In this document: one piece after another, positions 47,220 through 60,499 of the stretch | How positions within the stretch are numbered: position 1 is the stretch's first letter | Layout: each line of letters opens with the position of its first letter | Source: Elsinoe ampelina | Taxonomy: Eukaryota | Reading direction: 5' to 3' | Assembly (NCBI GenBank): GCA_010093995.1 | Contig: ML992501.1 | Coordinates: 954,945 to 1,017,541 of the forward strand | Length of the DNA stretch: 62,597 bases | Translations under genes and position numbers: made by a program | Notes under the pieces: model-generated | What the model saw: only the letters and a program-made list of their open reading frames with translations | What the model was told of the DNA's origin: nothing | Databases searched by the model: none

Positions 47220-47851
47220 ATGTTCCTCCTACAGCTCTTTTTTGCCATCATGGCTCTAGCCGGCATCAGCTCCGCTGCTCTCAACACTACAAGGTCTTTT
47301 AAGTTGGTCACTCAGGTCAAAGCGAATCAATTGAAGAATAAGAATAAGAAACAATTCGATGGTCTTTACTTGTCAGGCTACCATTCCGGGGCTGGTAAGT
47401 CGTGATCTGAGCCCATCACGAACTTCTCTGACGAGAGCTAGGGATGAACGATGCCGTTCTGCTTAAGGGTAAGAAGTCTGGCATCAATGGCTTCTTCAAC
47501 TCGACCACATTCGAGCGCCCCAATGGTCAGCCATACTACTATCTGGAATTCGACCTTGGAAACGAATTCCCGTACGCTGCTCAAGTCTCATATGACAACT
47601 ACTATGCTGCATGGGTTCCCATTCAGATCAACGCGGGCGACAAGAACCTCATCGGCGCTTACTACTTCAATAAGACTGGACTGCAGTTTACCACTTCCCC
47701 GGCATTCAACAACACCAACAACGGCTTCGGAGGATGGCTTGTCTGCAATTGGTCCCGTGATGTTCCTCAGCTCTTCATGAGGCAAGCTGGGTTTAACAGA
47801 ACCTTGACATCCAACTGCGCCGATGTCAATCTCATGCCTCAGTACCTGTAG
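47220..47851 (+). CDS. Small secreted protein; intron 47395-47441
   Basis: Signal peptide MFLLQLFFAIMALAGISSA; YHSGAG|MNDAV joined in frame; FGGWLVCNW and C.DV.L motifs; N-glycosylation sequons. Confidence 0.8.
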
Positions 47852-48460
47852 GGCTCTGAAAGACTTTCTAGAGATCGTCACGAACCAACTGCGATACATG
47901 CACCGCCTCTTCCTGATTCCTGATTCGACAGATCTGAGTGCCTGAGGCAACCTTGCAGATAGTTTGCGCCAAGAATGACTACTTCAACATCATCTACTGC
48001 CCAGGCATGCCTCATTTTGTCCTCAGCCATTCTTCCTACTTTCCATTGCCAGAAATCTGACCACAATGACCAGAATGAGACCATCACAGATGCCACAGAA
48101 TTCCGTACCCCGCCGACCAAAAATGCACCATTGCCCCACCGCCAACGCATCGCCCTGCACTATTCGGGATAGCCAATCACAAGTTCCCGCATCGATGCCC
48201 GAGGAAGCACTTTTGCTGCCACAATTACGGACCTCGTCAGACCGGAGTCGCTGGCGGTCATGTTGTGTCTCCGAAAATGCCTTTCTCTCTCTTCCAATGG
48301 TACACCATGACCTCGTCGTCGCTCGTGCCACCAGGCAAAACTGTCCTACCATGGCGGTGCTGACCGCGATAATGGACACAGGTCCAGCATCATCAGCAGC
48401 AGCAGCAGCAGCAGGGATATATGACCTGCTCCCGGAACAGCTCCCACCTCACCACCAACC

Positions 48461-49142
48461 ATGCCCACCGTCCCTCTCTACCAAGCCAACTGCTCCTCCT
48501 GCGGCCAACGCCCCCTCACCCCCGAAGGCTGCCACCACGAAACCGAAGCCTTAACCCTCGCCTCCAAAAACGCCATCAAAGCCTACTACGCCACCGCTCT
48601 CTGGCCCAAGATCGCCCGTCTCGAGTCCGCCCCTCCCCCCCTGTTCCCTCCGCACGTGACCACACTAACCCTCCTCCCCTCCCAGGACCCAAATCGCCCA
48701 AATCGCCACCTGCCGCATGATCGACATCTACAACGACAACGTCCTCCGCCGCCAACGCGACTACCAAGCCACCATGGCCGAAGCCCAGACACTGCCTTTT
48801 TACACAAACTACATGAACGCCGGGGGGAAGCCGCATCCGGCACTCTGTCCGCCCGAGTATCACAGACGTTTGTTCGAGAAGATCAATGGCGCGAGGGCAA
48901 AGTACCATCGGAAGTGTAATAGTGATTGGGTCAAGGTGAATCGTATGTTGCCGGCGCTATTGGCGCAGGCGTGGGAGGGGGTGGAGTTGGTGGTGCCGGC
49001 GGAGGTGGTGTGGGGGGTGTCGATGGGGGAGAGGGGGAGGGGAGCGATTGAGGCGGGGAGGATGGGGAGGAGGGGGTCCGGGGGGAGCAGTCGGAGGAGA
49101 GACTCCTTAACGAGAAGGATGAGGAGGATGAGTTTGGGGTGA
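48461..49142 (+). CDS. Hypothetical protein with an N-terminal CxxC..C..H motif; intron 48625-48685
   Basis: The 61-nt GTCCGC..CTAAC..CAG intron joins ORFs 48461 and 48717 in frame (IARLE|TQIAQ). Confidence 0.55.
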
Positions 49143-49318
49143 TTGTGGGGCTCGTGAGGAGTCGGGTTTAGGAGTGGTATCACAGTCCTCGGGAGAATGG
49201 CTTTTGCACGGCAGATTAAGCATACTTTTCAAATGTACATATCCCTGACATCTGGATGGATATAACCGCCGGAGTATGATCCAATGCTCCAAGTCCCTGA
49301 GCAAGTCTTTGGTAGTGA

Positions 49319-50728
49319 TCATAGATCGTCCGCATCGACGGCCTGCACAATGATACCAGTCGCAGCACCGCCTCCATTGCAAATCGCGGCAAGACCGTAT
49401 TCGCCCTTCTTGAGCTGGTGAAGCAGAGTGACTACGATTCGCGCGCCAGAGCTACCAATGGCGTGACCAAGGGAAATCGCGCCACCTCGGGGGTTGACAT
49501 TCTCGATTCCAAGTTCGAGGATCTGAGAAGAGGGTCAGCAGAGCCTTCAGTAGGGCTTCATCATCCTTACCTTTGCGTTCGCCTTGATGACAGCCGCAAA
49601 TGCTTCGTTGAACTCCCAGATCTTGATGTCGCTCTTCTTCAGCCCTGCTCTCTCGAGCACAATAGGTACGACCTTTGCTGGGGCAACAGGGAAATCAATC
49701 GGGTCCACTGCAGCGTCTGCTGTGGCTACAATTCTCGCCAGTATCTGCTTGCCCTTTCCGTACTTCTTCGCGAGCTCTCTGTTACCCAGCACAAGCGCAG
49801 AAGCACCATCGTTGAAACTCGAGCTGTTCGCTGCTGTGACGGATCCGCTGCCGCTCCTGTCGAACGCCGGCTTGAGGGTGGGCACCTTCTCCAGCTTAAG
49901 CTTGTTGTAGCCTTCGTCTTCCTTGACGACGGTGTCGCCCTTTTTGCCCTTGACTGTCACCTCGACGATCTCATCCTTGAATAGCCCCTTGCTCCAGGCT
50001 TCCTGTGCCCGCTTGTATGACAGGATCGCGAATTCATCCTGCTCTTCCCGGGTGAGCTTGTACTTCTTGACTGTATTCTCCGCGCACATTCCCATGTGTA
50101 TTTGGTTGTAGACATCCCACAGACCGTCCGAGATGAGCCCATCCAGTAGCTTCTGCTCGCCGAAAGGTGGTTGTTGCGAAGCTCGCGGTAGATAATATGG
50201 TACCCGCGACATGTTCTCCATTCCACCCGCTATTTGTGCCTCGGCGAGACCAAGCATGATGTTGTGGCTCGCGACCGTGATTGCCTTCATACCTGAGGCG
50301 CAGACCTTGTTGATGGTTGTGGCTTCGGTAGTGGGCGAGAGACCAGCAAAGATGGCTGTTTGTCGTGCTGGCGATTGACCACTGTTCGCTTGGAGAACTT
50401 GGCCCATGTAGACATCTGTTATCCGGTCTTGAGGTACGGAGGAACGAGAGATCGCTTCTTTAATTGCGTACGAGCCGAGGACAGGGGCAGAGACGGAGGA
50501 GAGAGAGCCATTGAACTAGAGACGGAGGTCAGAGCAGGTTTTCGTACTTGGAGAGCATAGTCATCGTACCACACCAGTTGGCGTTCGCACACCACTTATG
50601 ATATATGCATCTTGGATCTCTTTGCTTCGAGTCGTCGTTTGGCTGAACAGACGAGCGTGAGGGGGGTGTGTGTGTCTGGGAGCGTTGCGGCAGGTGGCAG
50701 TGAGCCTGGAGCTCAGTCTGGCAGACAT
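49319..50728 (-). CDS. Acetyl-CoA acetyltransferase (thiolase II, Erg10-like) with probable mitochondrial presequence, two introns
   Basis: [34 protein letters not shown] and AICNGGG motifs. Confidence 0.93.
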
Positions 50729-51039
50729 ATCACCGGGTAGGATTGTAAACTTGCGGGCGCGACAGGTGTCAGATAGGTAGAAAGAGAATTGCAAACAGGA
50801 TCATCTCGGTATAGACCGAGGAGCTACCGTCCTCCACAGCGGAAAGACGTTCCGGGGAAGTGCGGAACATACTTTCACATGCTAGCTCGGCAATTGTCGG
50901 CTTAACAGAAGAGGCGGAGGGGGAGCGGCTTGCATGACTCGAGCCAACAGCACGTGACTCATGGTGCATGTCAGCTTGTGTGTGGGGAGAATGAGATTTA
51001 TTACTGCCTGATCCACCAAACTGAGGTGGATTGTAACTA

Positions 51040-54000
51040 CATAAATACTTAACCTAATAAACTAAGAGATAACTAAATTAATAGAACTCCTAAATAACAA
51101 CAGATTAAGACAATAATTATCTAATTTAATTATAGATTAGTAAAATAGTAAGATAGTGTTTAGTTTAACCTTAGGATAAACTAAATTAGAGTCTCCTTAG
51201 CGCTCTAGCTTATGCCTCGGTTAATATACTCCTTTACTAAGTAGCTATAACTCTATAATAGCTAGTTAGTAGACTACTAACTCGAGAGATAGCTATTATA
51301 AGAAGGTCTTATACCTCCTAGGTAGTAATAATTTAGTAAAGCTATTAGCTAGTATGTCTACTAATAGTGTCTATATAACTAAGATAGGACTAGATAGATC
51401 TCTAGCTTAATTAATCTCTTGTTTTAGCTAATAATAATAAATATTAATATAGTAAAGACNNNNNNNNNNNNNNNNNNNNNNNNNNNNNNNNNNNNNNNNN
51501 NNNNNNNNNNNNNNNNNNNNNNNNNNNNNNNNNNNNNNNNNNNNNNNNNNNNNNNNNNNNNNNNNNNNNNNNNNNNNNNNNNNNNNNNNNNNNNNNNNNN
51601 NNNNNNNNNNNNNNNNNNNNNNNNNNNNNNNNNNNNNNNNNNNNNNNNNNNNNNNNNNNNNNNNNNNNNNNNNNNNNNNNNNNNNNNNNNNNNNNNNNNN
51701 NNNNNNNNNNNNNNNNNNNNNNNNNNNNNNNNNNNNNNNNNNNNNNNNNNNNNNNNNNNNNNNNNNNNNNNNNNNNNNNNNNNNNNNNNNNNNNNNNNNN
51801 NNNNNNNNNNNNNNNNNNNNNNNNNNNNNNNNNNNNNNNNNNNNNNNNNNNNNNNAAAGGCAATATTAGGCCTTATAATAATAGCTATAAAGTTAATAGA
51901 TCTAACTTTCTACTAGTATAGGTAGATCTCTTATAGTAATACTTAGCCTTTATAAGGCTAGAGTATCTTAATTAGGAGTAGTATTAATATTAGCCTTATT
52001 AGCTCTATAATAAACTTACTATATATCTACTATATATACTAGGCTTAACTAAGCTATAGCTTCTTAGTTACTCTATCCCTTATAACTTAGATAGCTAGAA
52101 ACTAGCTTAGATCTCTAAGCACCTTTATCTTATATTTAGTATAGAGGGCTATAATAATAAAATTAGCCTTCTCCTTGTGCTTCTTAAGATATATAATAGT
52201 AATATTATCTATAAAGAAGAAGATTATTACTTTAGAGGTTAGCTAGAGATAAGGAGCCTTAGGAGCCTAAGTAAAACTAATACTCTTTAGAGTAGTAGTA
52301 AATTTAGTATACTAGAGAGCTAGAGCTTATTTAAGACTATATAAGGCTTTATTAAGTACGAGAATTATATCTAATAGAGTAATACTAGGGTAGTCCTTTA
52401 TAAGCCCCTCTATAACTAACTTAAATCTAGAAAGGATAGTATAGTAGATAGTCTTATTAATAGAGCTATTAATATAGACATTAATAATATCTATCTAGAC
52501 AGCCTCTATATCTTTATAAGTAAGTAGAGCTATAAGTATTCTAAAGATCTTAGCTGCTAAAGTTGCTATATAAGTCTCTAATTCTATTAATTAGAGATTA
52601 CCCCTTATATAGATTCTTACTTTATACTTTATAACCTCTTCTTTATTATTAACTTTATAGGTAAATACCTATATTAAAGAGATAGGCTTACCTATTACTT
52701 AAGTAGCTAGTATAATAGTCTATATATATTTTAAGTGTAAAGTAAGTAATTTAGCCTTTATAGCTTCTTAAAATTACTTTCTATAAGAGTAAGCTTTAAG
52801 CTCTTTAATATTAGCTAGTAGTAGAGGAAGATTATCCCTTAATTCTAGCTTAGGCTATATTAGCTTTATTAATAGATAAGCATTAAAGGCTTAGTAATAT
52901 CTAGGAGCCTTATTAGTTTATATAAGGGTAGTAATATATATCTATCTTCTTAGCTTTCTTATTCTTCTTATAGTAAGAATATACTTAGAAAGAAGATTAG
53001 CTAACCTAGTAGTAATTCTTTAAGAGAGTTACTTAGGTTAGGCTTTAACTACCTCTTTAGTTTAACCTTTCTCCTTATTTCTCTTAGCTTTAACTCCTCC
53101 TATTAGTAGAGGAGATAGCTATATTACTATTAATAGAGGTAAGGCTAGAGTATTAAAGAACTAGTCTACTAAGGTACTATCCCTAGATCTAAGCAAGAAT
53201 AGCAGATTTAGTACTAATTACACTAGTAAATAAGAATTATAAGGCTTATAAACTAGTAACTAAGATAGACTTAGCCCTTAAGCTAGATCCTTAGCTAGAG
53301 TCTTAGTCTATATTAGAAGCTAAGATAGACTCTAAACTAGATTCTAAACTAGATGTTAAACTAGACTCTAAACTAGATACTAAACTAGATTCTAAACTAG
53401 ATTTAGTTTAGTTATTCTCTCTACTTTATATACCCCTTTAGATTTATTAACCTCCTATAGGAGCCTTAGTAGATTAAGTAATCTAATTAGTTTTAGTTAA
53501 GGTTATTTCTCTAGTTTATAGAACTAAGTTTTATTAAATCTAATATCTCTTATTCTAATAACCTTCTTAGAGAATAATATAAAGATCCTAAAGATGTTAG
53601 TTAAGTTATAGCTAACTAGATAGCTAATATAAGCCCTTAGTATAAGCTTATTACTACTTATAATAAGCTTATCTAAAGTATAAGCTTTACATCTAAGTAG
53701 CCTAAGATAAGTAACTAATAGAGAGCATCTATAAACTAGCTTAAAAGAAGTCTTCTAGTCTAGCTTCTTAAGAGGTATTCTATTAATTAGATAAGCTACT
53801 AATCTATATAGTTTAGAGTATAATTCTCTTAGTAGATTAGTAAAGATAGTAATTGCTCTTACTTTCCTTAATAGTATAGCTTCTATTCTTTTATTATAAC
53901 TATTCTAAGCTTAAGTCTAGGAAGTAGATAGCTTATAATAGATTCCTTTACTATCTAGGAAGATAGTAAATTTAAGGCTAAAAGCCCTCTTATTATTACT

Positions 54001-54258
54001 CCTAAGGAATCTAATTTTAAAGCTAAAATTACTTTTAATATAAATAATTATCTTAATATAGATTTTATTAATCTTATATCTATAAGCATAGGTAGCAACT
54101 AGTTAATAGTTAGTAGTCCTATAAGTAAAGTAGCTTATATATCTTACCTTATTATAGCTAGTAAATCTATTAATAATAATGTTAAAGGTAGTTCTTTTAA
54201 ATAGCTTTAATATAGCAATTTTAGTATCTAGGCTCCTTAATATAATCTACTAAGTATT
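51040..54258. mobile_element. Heavily RIP-degenerated repeat/TE relics, family unresolved
   Basis: Abrupt shift to AT- and TpA-rich sequence with no ORFs; a 12-bp-period CTAAACTAGAT tract near 53320-53405. Confidence 0.6.
51460..51855. other. Assembly gap (396 N)
   Basis: Run of N. Confidence 1.
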
Positions 54259-54461
54259 TGATTACGACTAGTAAGATAAGAGGTTAATTACGTCTATTCG
54301 TTAAGATATCGAGACTTAGAAGAAGTAGAAGAAAAACTAGTATATAAAGCACGCGTAATATCGAGAGCAGAGCGGCTAAAAGCCTAGGCTACGATGCCGA
54401 GATTACGTAACTAATCTAAACTAGATCCTAACTAAATCTAGTTCGTATCTATCTTATATTA
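54259..54461 (-). repeat. 3' LTR of the gypsy element
   Basis: Direct repeat of 60278-60480, TG..TA (RIP of CA); differences are mostly transitions. Confidence 0.92.
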
Positions 54462-57400
54462 CTACTTTCTCTCTTAAGCGTGTTTGCCCTTAAACACTAT
54501 TATATATTATTTATTAATCTATTTCGGCCTTAGCTTATCTATGTAAGAGTTTAGATAGTTACGTAGCACGTTAGCTACTCCTTTAAGGTTGTTAATTAGC
54601 TACTAGGTAAGATCCTCCGGATAACTCTTCTAGCTTATATAAGTAACTAGCTTCCCTTATAGTAAACGTATATTAATTACGTCGTCTACCTTATACTCCT
54701 CTTTACCGTTAACCTCTATCGGAGGTAGTTCTTTAAAGGCTTAGCCCGGTAAGGGGTTATTTAGGTGCTTAGTAAGTAGGTCGGCGTAAAATACTAGGTG
54801 GATCCTTTATAGAGAGGCTAGTAAATCGAGCTTATATACTAGTAGTAATTGTTTCTTAAGGATCTTATAGAGACTAACATGCTTCGGTAGTAGCTTTAAG
54901 TTACCCTATAGCCGAAGGTTCTTCGTTAATAGCTAAACTAAATCGCTAGTCTTAAACTCTATCGGCTAGTAGTGCTTATTAGCTTATTCTACTATCCGTA
55001 ACTAGGCGACAGCGAGGTTAGCCTTAGTAATAGCTAGTGCCTCCTCTAGTTACTTAGTAAGTGCGTAGATGTCTACCTTATTTAGCTTAGCTCTTGTTAA
55101 CGGCGCGTCGAAAGAGAGCTAGAAGCTTAGCTTTAGCTTGTATCCTCTAGTAACCTCGAATAGTAATAGCTTAGTACTCTCTAATAGGTTAACGTTAGCG
55201 GAGAATTCTACTACTAGTAGAACAAGTGTCTAATTGCTAAAATGTGTAGCGTACGAACGAATAACTCGCTTAAACTTGCAATTTATAACCTCTAATTAGC
55301 TGTCTATTTATAGATGCCCTATAGTAGACAGTTTAGTAGTAATCTTTAGGATTTAGTAGAGCCTCTTCTATACGTCGCTAACGAACTAAGGGCCGTAGTC
55401 CGAGGTAATACTATCTAGTAGACTATATAGTTTCTATATATAGAAGAATAATAGCTTAGTAGTCTTAAATGCTAAAGTGCTACCTTCTCTAGAGAAGTAT
55501 AGAATTAAGTGCCGTTCCTTAGATAGGTAGTCGACGATATAGAGCACTACGTTATAGCTATCTACTAGAGGTAGACTAGTAACAAAGTCTATAGTAATAT
55601 ATTGCTATAGTCTTACTAGAATAGGCAATAGCGATAGGAGGCTAGCTAGTAAGCTATAGCGAGCCTTTAAGCGCTTATAGTTATAATAGTTAGCAATAAA
55701 CCTCTTAACGTTACTATTACATCTAGGGATATAGAAAGTAGACTTAATTATAGTAGCCGTTTTAGTAGCTCCTCCGTGTGTATAATCCTTCGATGTATAG
55801 ACTCCTTAGATAACCTTTATAGCTATAGAGAAAGGTACGATTAGTCGGCTATCGGCCTATAGTATTCCCTTTTTAATTGTAACATTAGTTGACGGCAACT
55901 ATTTCCTCTTTAGGAAGGCTCCTATTATATAGTAGATGCCGCGAACTAACTCGAAGTTAGAGTCTTATAAGTTGGCTCTAGCTACTTCGTTAAACAGTAG
56001 TAAAGGTAGCTCTTCTAAGGCCGAGATAGGTACTATATAGATGCCTAGCTTATAAGCCGAAATAGGTAGCGAAATAGGAGGTAAAATAGGTAGCGAACTA
56101 GTTTACAAACTAGATGCCGAACTAGATCTTAGTTTAGCTTAAATTAGTAATCTAGTTTAGATACGACCTAGATTTAGTTCGTTAATAATGCGCTAATCTA
56201 GTACCTTGTATAGTAATAGTGTCTAGCGTAGATTAGAGTCTTCCTTCGAGCGTAGTACGTCTCTATTTCTTCTTATAAGTGTATTAGCCTTACTATTAGT
56301 AGCGCTAGGCCTATATATAATCTTAAAGTTAAATTGTGTAAGGTAGAGAGCCTAGCGCGCTTAGCGGCGTAATAGCTTCTAAGTCTTTATAAAGTGTATT
56401 AAGGATTAGTAGTCGGTAAGAACGTAGATAGTCTTATTAGATTAAGTGCTTATAAGCTTAGGGGCCTACTCCTCGAAGGCTTAGACGATAGCTAGTAGTT
56501 CCTTATCGTAGATAGCGTAGTTACGTTTAGCTTTATTTATAGATTTACTAAAAAAGGCAATAGGCTAGAGGACGTTAGACTTATTATATTATAATAGAAT
56601 TCTAGCGGTAGTAGTGTTAGAGGTGTCTATCTTAAGGACTATCTATTTCGAGCGATCGAAGTACGTAAGGATAGGCGCGCTTATAATAGTATACTTTATA
56701 TAATTAAACGTAGTAGTATACTTATCGTTCTATAGTATAGCGTCCTTCTTAAGTAGATTGTTTAGTAGCTTAGTAATAGTACTAAATCCCTTAATAAAGT
56801 AACAATAGTAGCTATAGAAGCTAATAAAGCTCCTTACCTAAGTAGTGTTACTAGAGGCTAGCTATTTCTACACTTATATAGCTTCTACCTTCTTAGGATC
56901 TATCTTAACTCTATCTTAGCTAACGATAATACCGAGGTACTTTACCTCTATTAGGTAGAACTTACTCTTCTTAATATTAGTATTTAGGTCTAATTTATAG
57001 AGCCTCTAGAGCACTAACTTAATATACTTAGTATGTTCTTAGTAAGAGCTATTAGTATAGATAAGAATATTGTCGAGATAGATTAACATAAAGCGCTCTA
57101 GTATATTAACGAAGTTGTAATTTATAAATCTCTACTATATAGTAGAGGCATTAGTAAGGCCGAATAGTATTACTAGCTACTTAAAATTTCCTATACGTAT
57201 AGAGAATATAGTAAGGTCCTTACTATCGATAGAGTTATAGAGGTAGTAGAAGACTTAGTAGATATTAATCTTACTAAACTACTTAGCTTTACTTACACGC
57301 GTAAGTGTTTCTTTAATAAGGGGCAGCGGATAGATATCTAACTTAGTTACCTTATTAAGGCTATAGTAATCGACGTAAAGACGGAGACTACTACCTAGCT

Positions 57401-60277
57401 TACGAACAAAGAGAATAGACAAGGAATAGCTAGCTAAGCTTAGCGTAATAAAGCCTTTATTAAGGTGCTTATAGATAAATAGCTCTACTATATCGAGCTT
57501 CTCTAGTAATAGGCGACGAAGAGGTTTAGTGCGTAGTAGTTTAGCTTTATCCTTAAGTGTAATTTAATTATCAAAATCCGGCCGATGTAGAGGAAGCGTA
57601 TTAGATTACTCTTTAGAGAAGACGTTAGTAAACTCTTATAGCTCCTCTAGGAGAACTACTATAGGGTCTAGTTCTAGCTTAGAGGCTATCTAGTAGTAGT
57701 TCTTAATATTCTTTACCGAGATTGTAAATACCTTATTCTTTTAGTATTTAGCTACTAATGCGAAGGTAGTAGCGCTAATAAAAGCGATAGTTAGCTCTTC
57801 TTACTTAGTGTTACTTACATAGGTAGGTACGTAGAAGAACTTATATATTAACTAAGTACTAGAGGAGATTAGCTTAAGTCCCCTCTAATTTAGCTTAAAG
57901 TTCGACCTAAGAGCTAGTAGTCGATATAGTCTAGTTCGTCCTAACTTGGTAGCTAAGCTAGAACCTAGTTCACGAGTTAAACTAGAACTAAACTAGTTCT
58001 AAACTAGAGTAGCAGCTTTGCCGAGTTAGATTCCTAGATCCGAGCTAGGCTTAGACTTAGATTCTAGCCTTTTAATTAGCTATAGTAGCTCCTACTTAAT
58101 AACGACTAGTAAAAACTCTTCTTTATATATAACTTAGCTATACTTGTAGTCGATAGTAGCTCTATTAGCCTTAAGCTAGCCGAGGCTAAGAATAATGTTA
58201 AAACGGCTAATATCTATAATATAGAAGGTAGTAAGAGCGTTTAGCTTACTAGAGACAGTAGTAGTAAGGGGAACGCTATAAGTAACTTACTCTATTAGAA
58301 CACTATTGTAAGCCTAAAGCTAAATAGAGCTAGCTAACGCTATAGGGCAGCCGAAGCTCTTTAGCTTATTAAGGATGTTATAATTAACTACGGCGCTAAT
58401 AAGCGTACTAGTGTCGATAAAGGCTTAGAGCGTAATAGTATAAGAGTAGTTATAAGGGTTGTAAATAGTAATAGGAGTTATAATAGTAGGGATGTAGTAG
58501 CTAACGACGCTATTTAGTAACTATATACCTCCGGATCTATCTCGAATTACTCTTATTCCGCTAGAGAATAGAACTTGTCCTCCGGCTACTTATTTCTCTA
58601 GTTAGAGAGGTCGGTAGACTTATAGTCTACTTTAGGGTTAAACTAAGGCTAAACTAGATCTAGTTCGTAAGCCGAACTAGTGTTAACTTAGTTACTTAAT
58701 TCGGCTAAGCGATTCTAGAGCTATTATATCTCTTCTACGGCGCTAATATATATAGGGCATATAGTAGCGTAAGTAGCCTTCTCTAAGGCGCTAGCTATAC
58801 ACTTAGTAGAGATATAGCCGAGCTTACCGCATATATAACAGGTAAGTGCCTAAGTTAGATAGAAGAGCTATAGAGCTCCTCCGGTAATAGGGTAGAAAGT
58901 AGCTAAAGTAGCAAGTATAGAGGTAGAATAAGGCACGCGAATTAGTACTATAGCGGCGCGGCTTATAGCTAGCCTAGCGCGTAGAGCTTAAGTACGCTTA
59001 GTAATAAGGTTGCTCTACTAAATGTTATAGTCGGTAGTATAAGTCTTTATAATAAAGGTAGAGAGGTCGTTAGTGTCGAAGTTAACAAGGGTAATACGTA
59101 GCTTATTAGATATCTTCTAGCGTAGCTAGTAGAGCTATTCGTCCTTAGTAATCTTAGCGTAGAGGGCGTACTTATTAAATTCGCTAATAAAGGAGTCGAA
59201 AGAGGCGTTATACTAGAAGAGGCTAGCGAACTAAGCGCGCGTAGTAGCCTTATAGTTTAGATCCTTAAAGCGCTAGGCTAAGAGGCTAAGAGCGGCTTTA
59301 ACGTTAAGAGTGTCGTTACTAGCGGAGTCTATAATAAAGATATATACTTCGCTAGAGAGACGTAAATAGAGATAGGTAAACTAAGTAGCCTTAGTAGAGA
59401 AATAGTTAGTATTAGTACGTATCTTGTTCTTTATCTAGTGCTTAAAAACCTCGAACTATTCTAGGGTACTACTAGAGAAGATAGCGGGGTCTAGTATCTT
59501 CTCTAATAATATAACGCTACATACGGAAGAGGCTAGTATAGCGTGTCCTATCTCGGCTCTTAGCTAGGCTAGTTTAGTTTTAAGTTTACTAATATTAGTA
59601 AGGTAGTATACGGCCTAGGTAGTAAGATTGTTAGTGGTACTATTAGCTATATCTAGTTTAATAAGGACGTTGTCTAACTAGTTATATAGATTAAGAGCAT
59701 TAGTACGCACTAAGTTACGTATAGTAATCTATTTATTATAGGTAGACTCGATAAAGGCAAAGGCCTTACGTAGAGTAGTTATACTATCTATCTCTTATAG
59801 CCTCTTCTTAAGGTTAGTGTCGCTAAGGCGAATAAGGTTGTAATAGGCTAATTAGACTAGTTTATTATTATTGTTAGTAGAGGGTAGAGGAATCTTACTT
59901 ACGTAGTAATCGTCTTTACCGTAGTTAGAACGAGCTATACTTAGTGTAGTTAGTTGTAAATAAATAGTGTAAAAAGTTAATACATAATAAAGAGAATATT
60001 AAAAATTTTAGCTAGTAGCCTACTTCCTTTAAGAGTTGTCTATAACTTAACTTATTACCTTCTTCTTATATCTTTAGGGTTTATAGTATTAACCTATATA
60101 GCAGTAGCGAGAATCTATTACAGTGTACGTAGGAACTATAGTCGTAATAGCTTCTTCTTTAATTCTTTAATTCTTCGTAAGTAGTAGTTATTAGTAGTTA
60201 CGTAAGTAGTAGAATAACTAGATAATTTAATAGCTCTATTACTTAGTTATAGTTACTTCTTCGAAGTCTCGATATAG

Positions 60278-60480
60278 TAATTACAACTAGTAAGATAAGA
60301 GGTTAATTGTGTCTATTCGTTAAGATATCGAGACTTAGAAGAAGTAGAAGAAAAACTAGTATACAAAGTATGTATAATATTAAGAGTAGAGCGGCTAGAA
60401 GCCCGGGCTATAATACCGAGATTACGTAACTAATCTAAACTAGATCCTAACTGAATCTAGTTCGTATCTATCTCGCATTA
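60278..60480 (-). repeat. 5' LTR of the gypsy element
   Basis: Direct repeat of 54259-54461. Confidence 0.92.
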
Positions 60481-60499
60481 GTATTTAATAGCTTATAAG

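Larger units (their letters stand above)
54259..60480 (-). mobile_element. Full-length RIP-inactivated Ty3/gypsy chromovirus LTR retrotransposon with 5-bp TSD GTATT
   Basis: 203-bp LTRs and TSD at 54254-54258 and 60481-60485. Relics in order: gag knuckle CYICGKLGY, protease AFIDTS, RT YLDNILIY, RNase H YDKELLAI, integrase, chromodomain. PPT (AAGAGAGAAAGTAG) adjoins the left LTR. Confidence 0.92.

Noticed and set aside
51444..51863. 139-aa poly-X ORF
   Set aside because: Artefact of the N gap.
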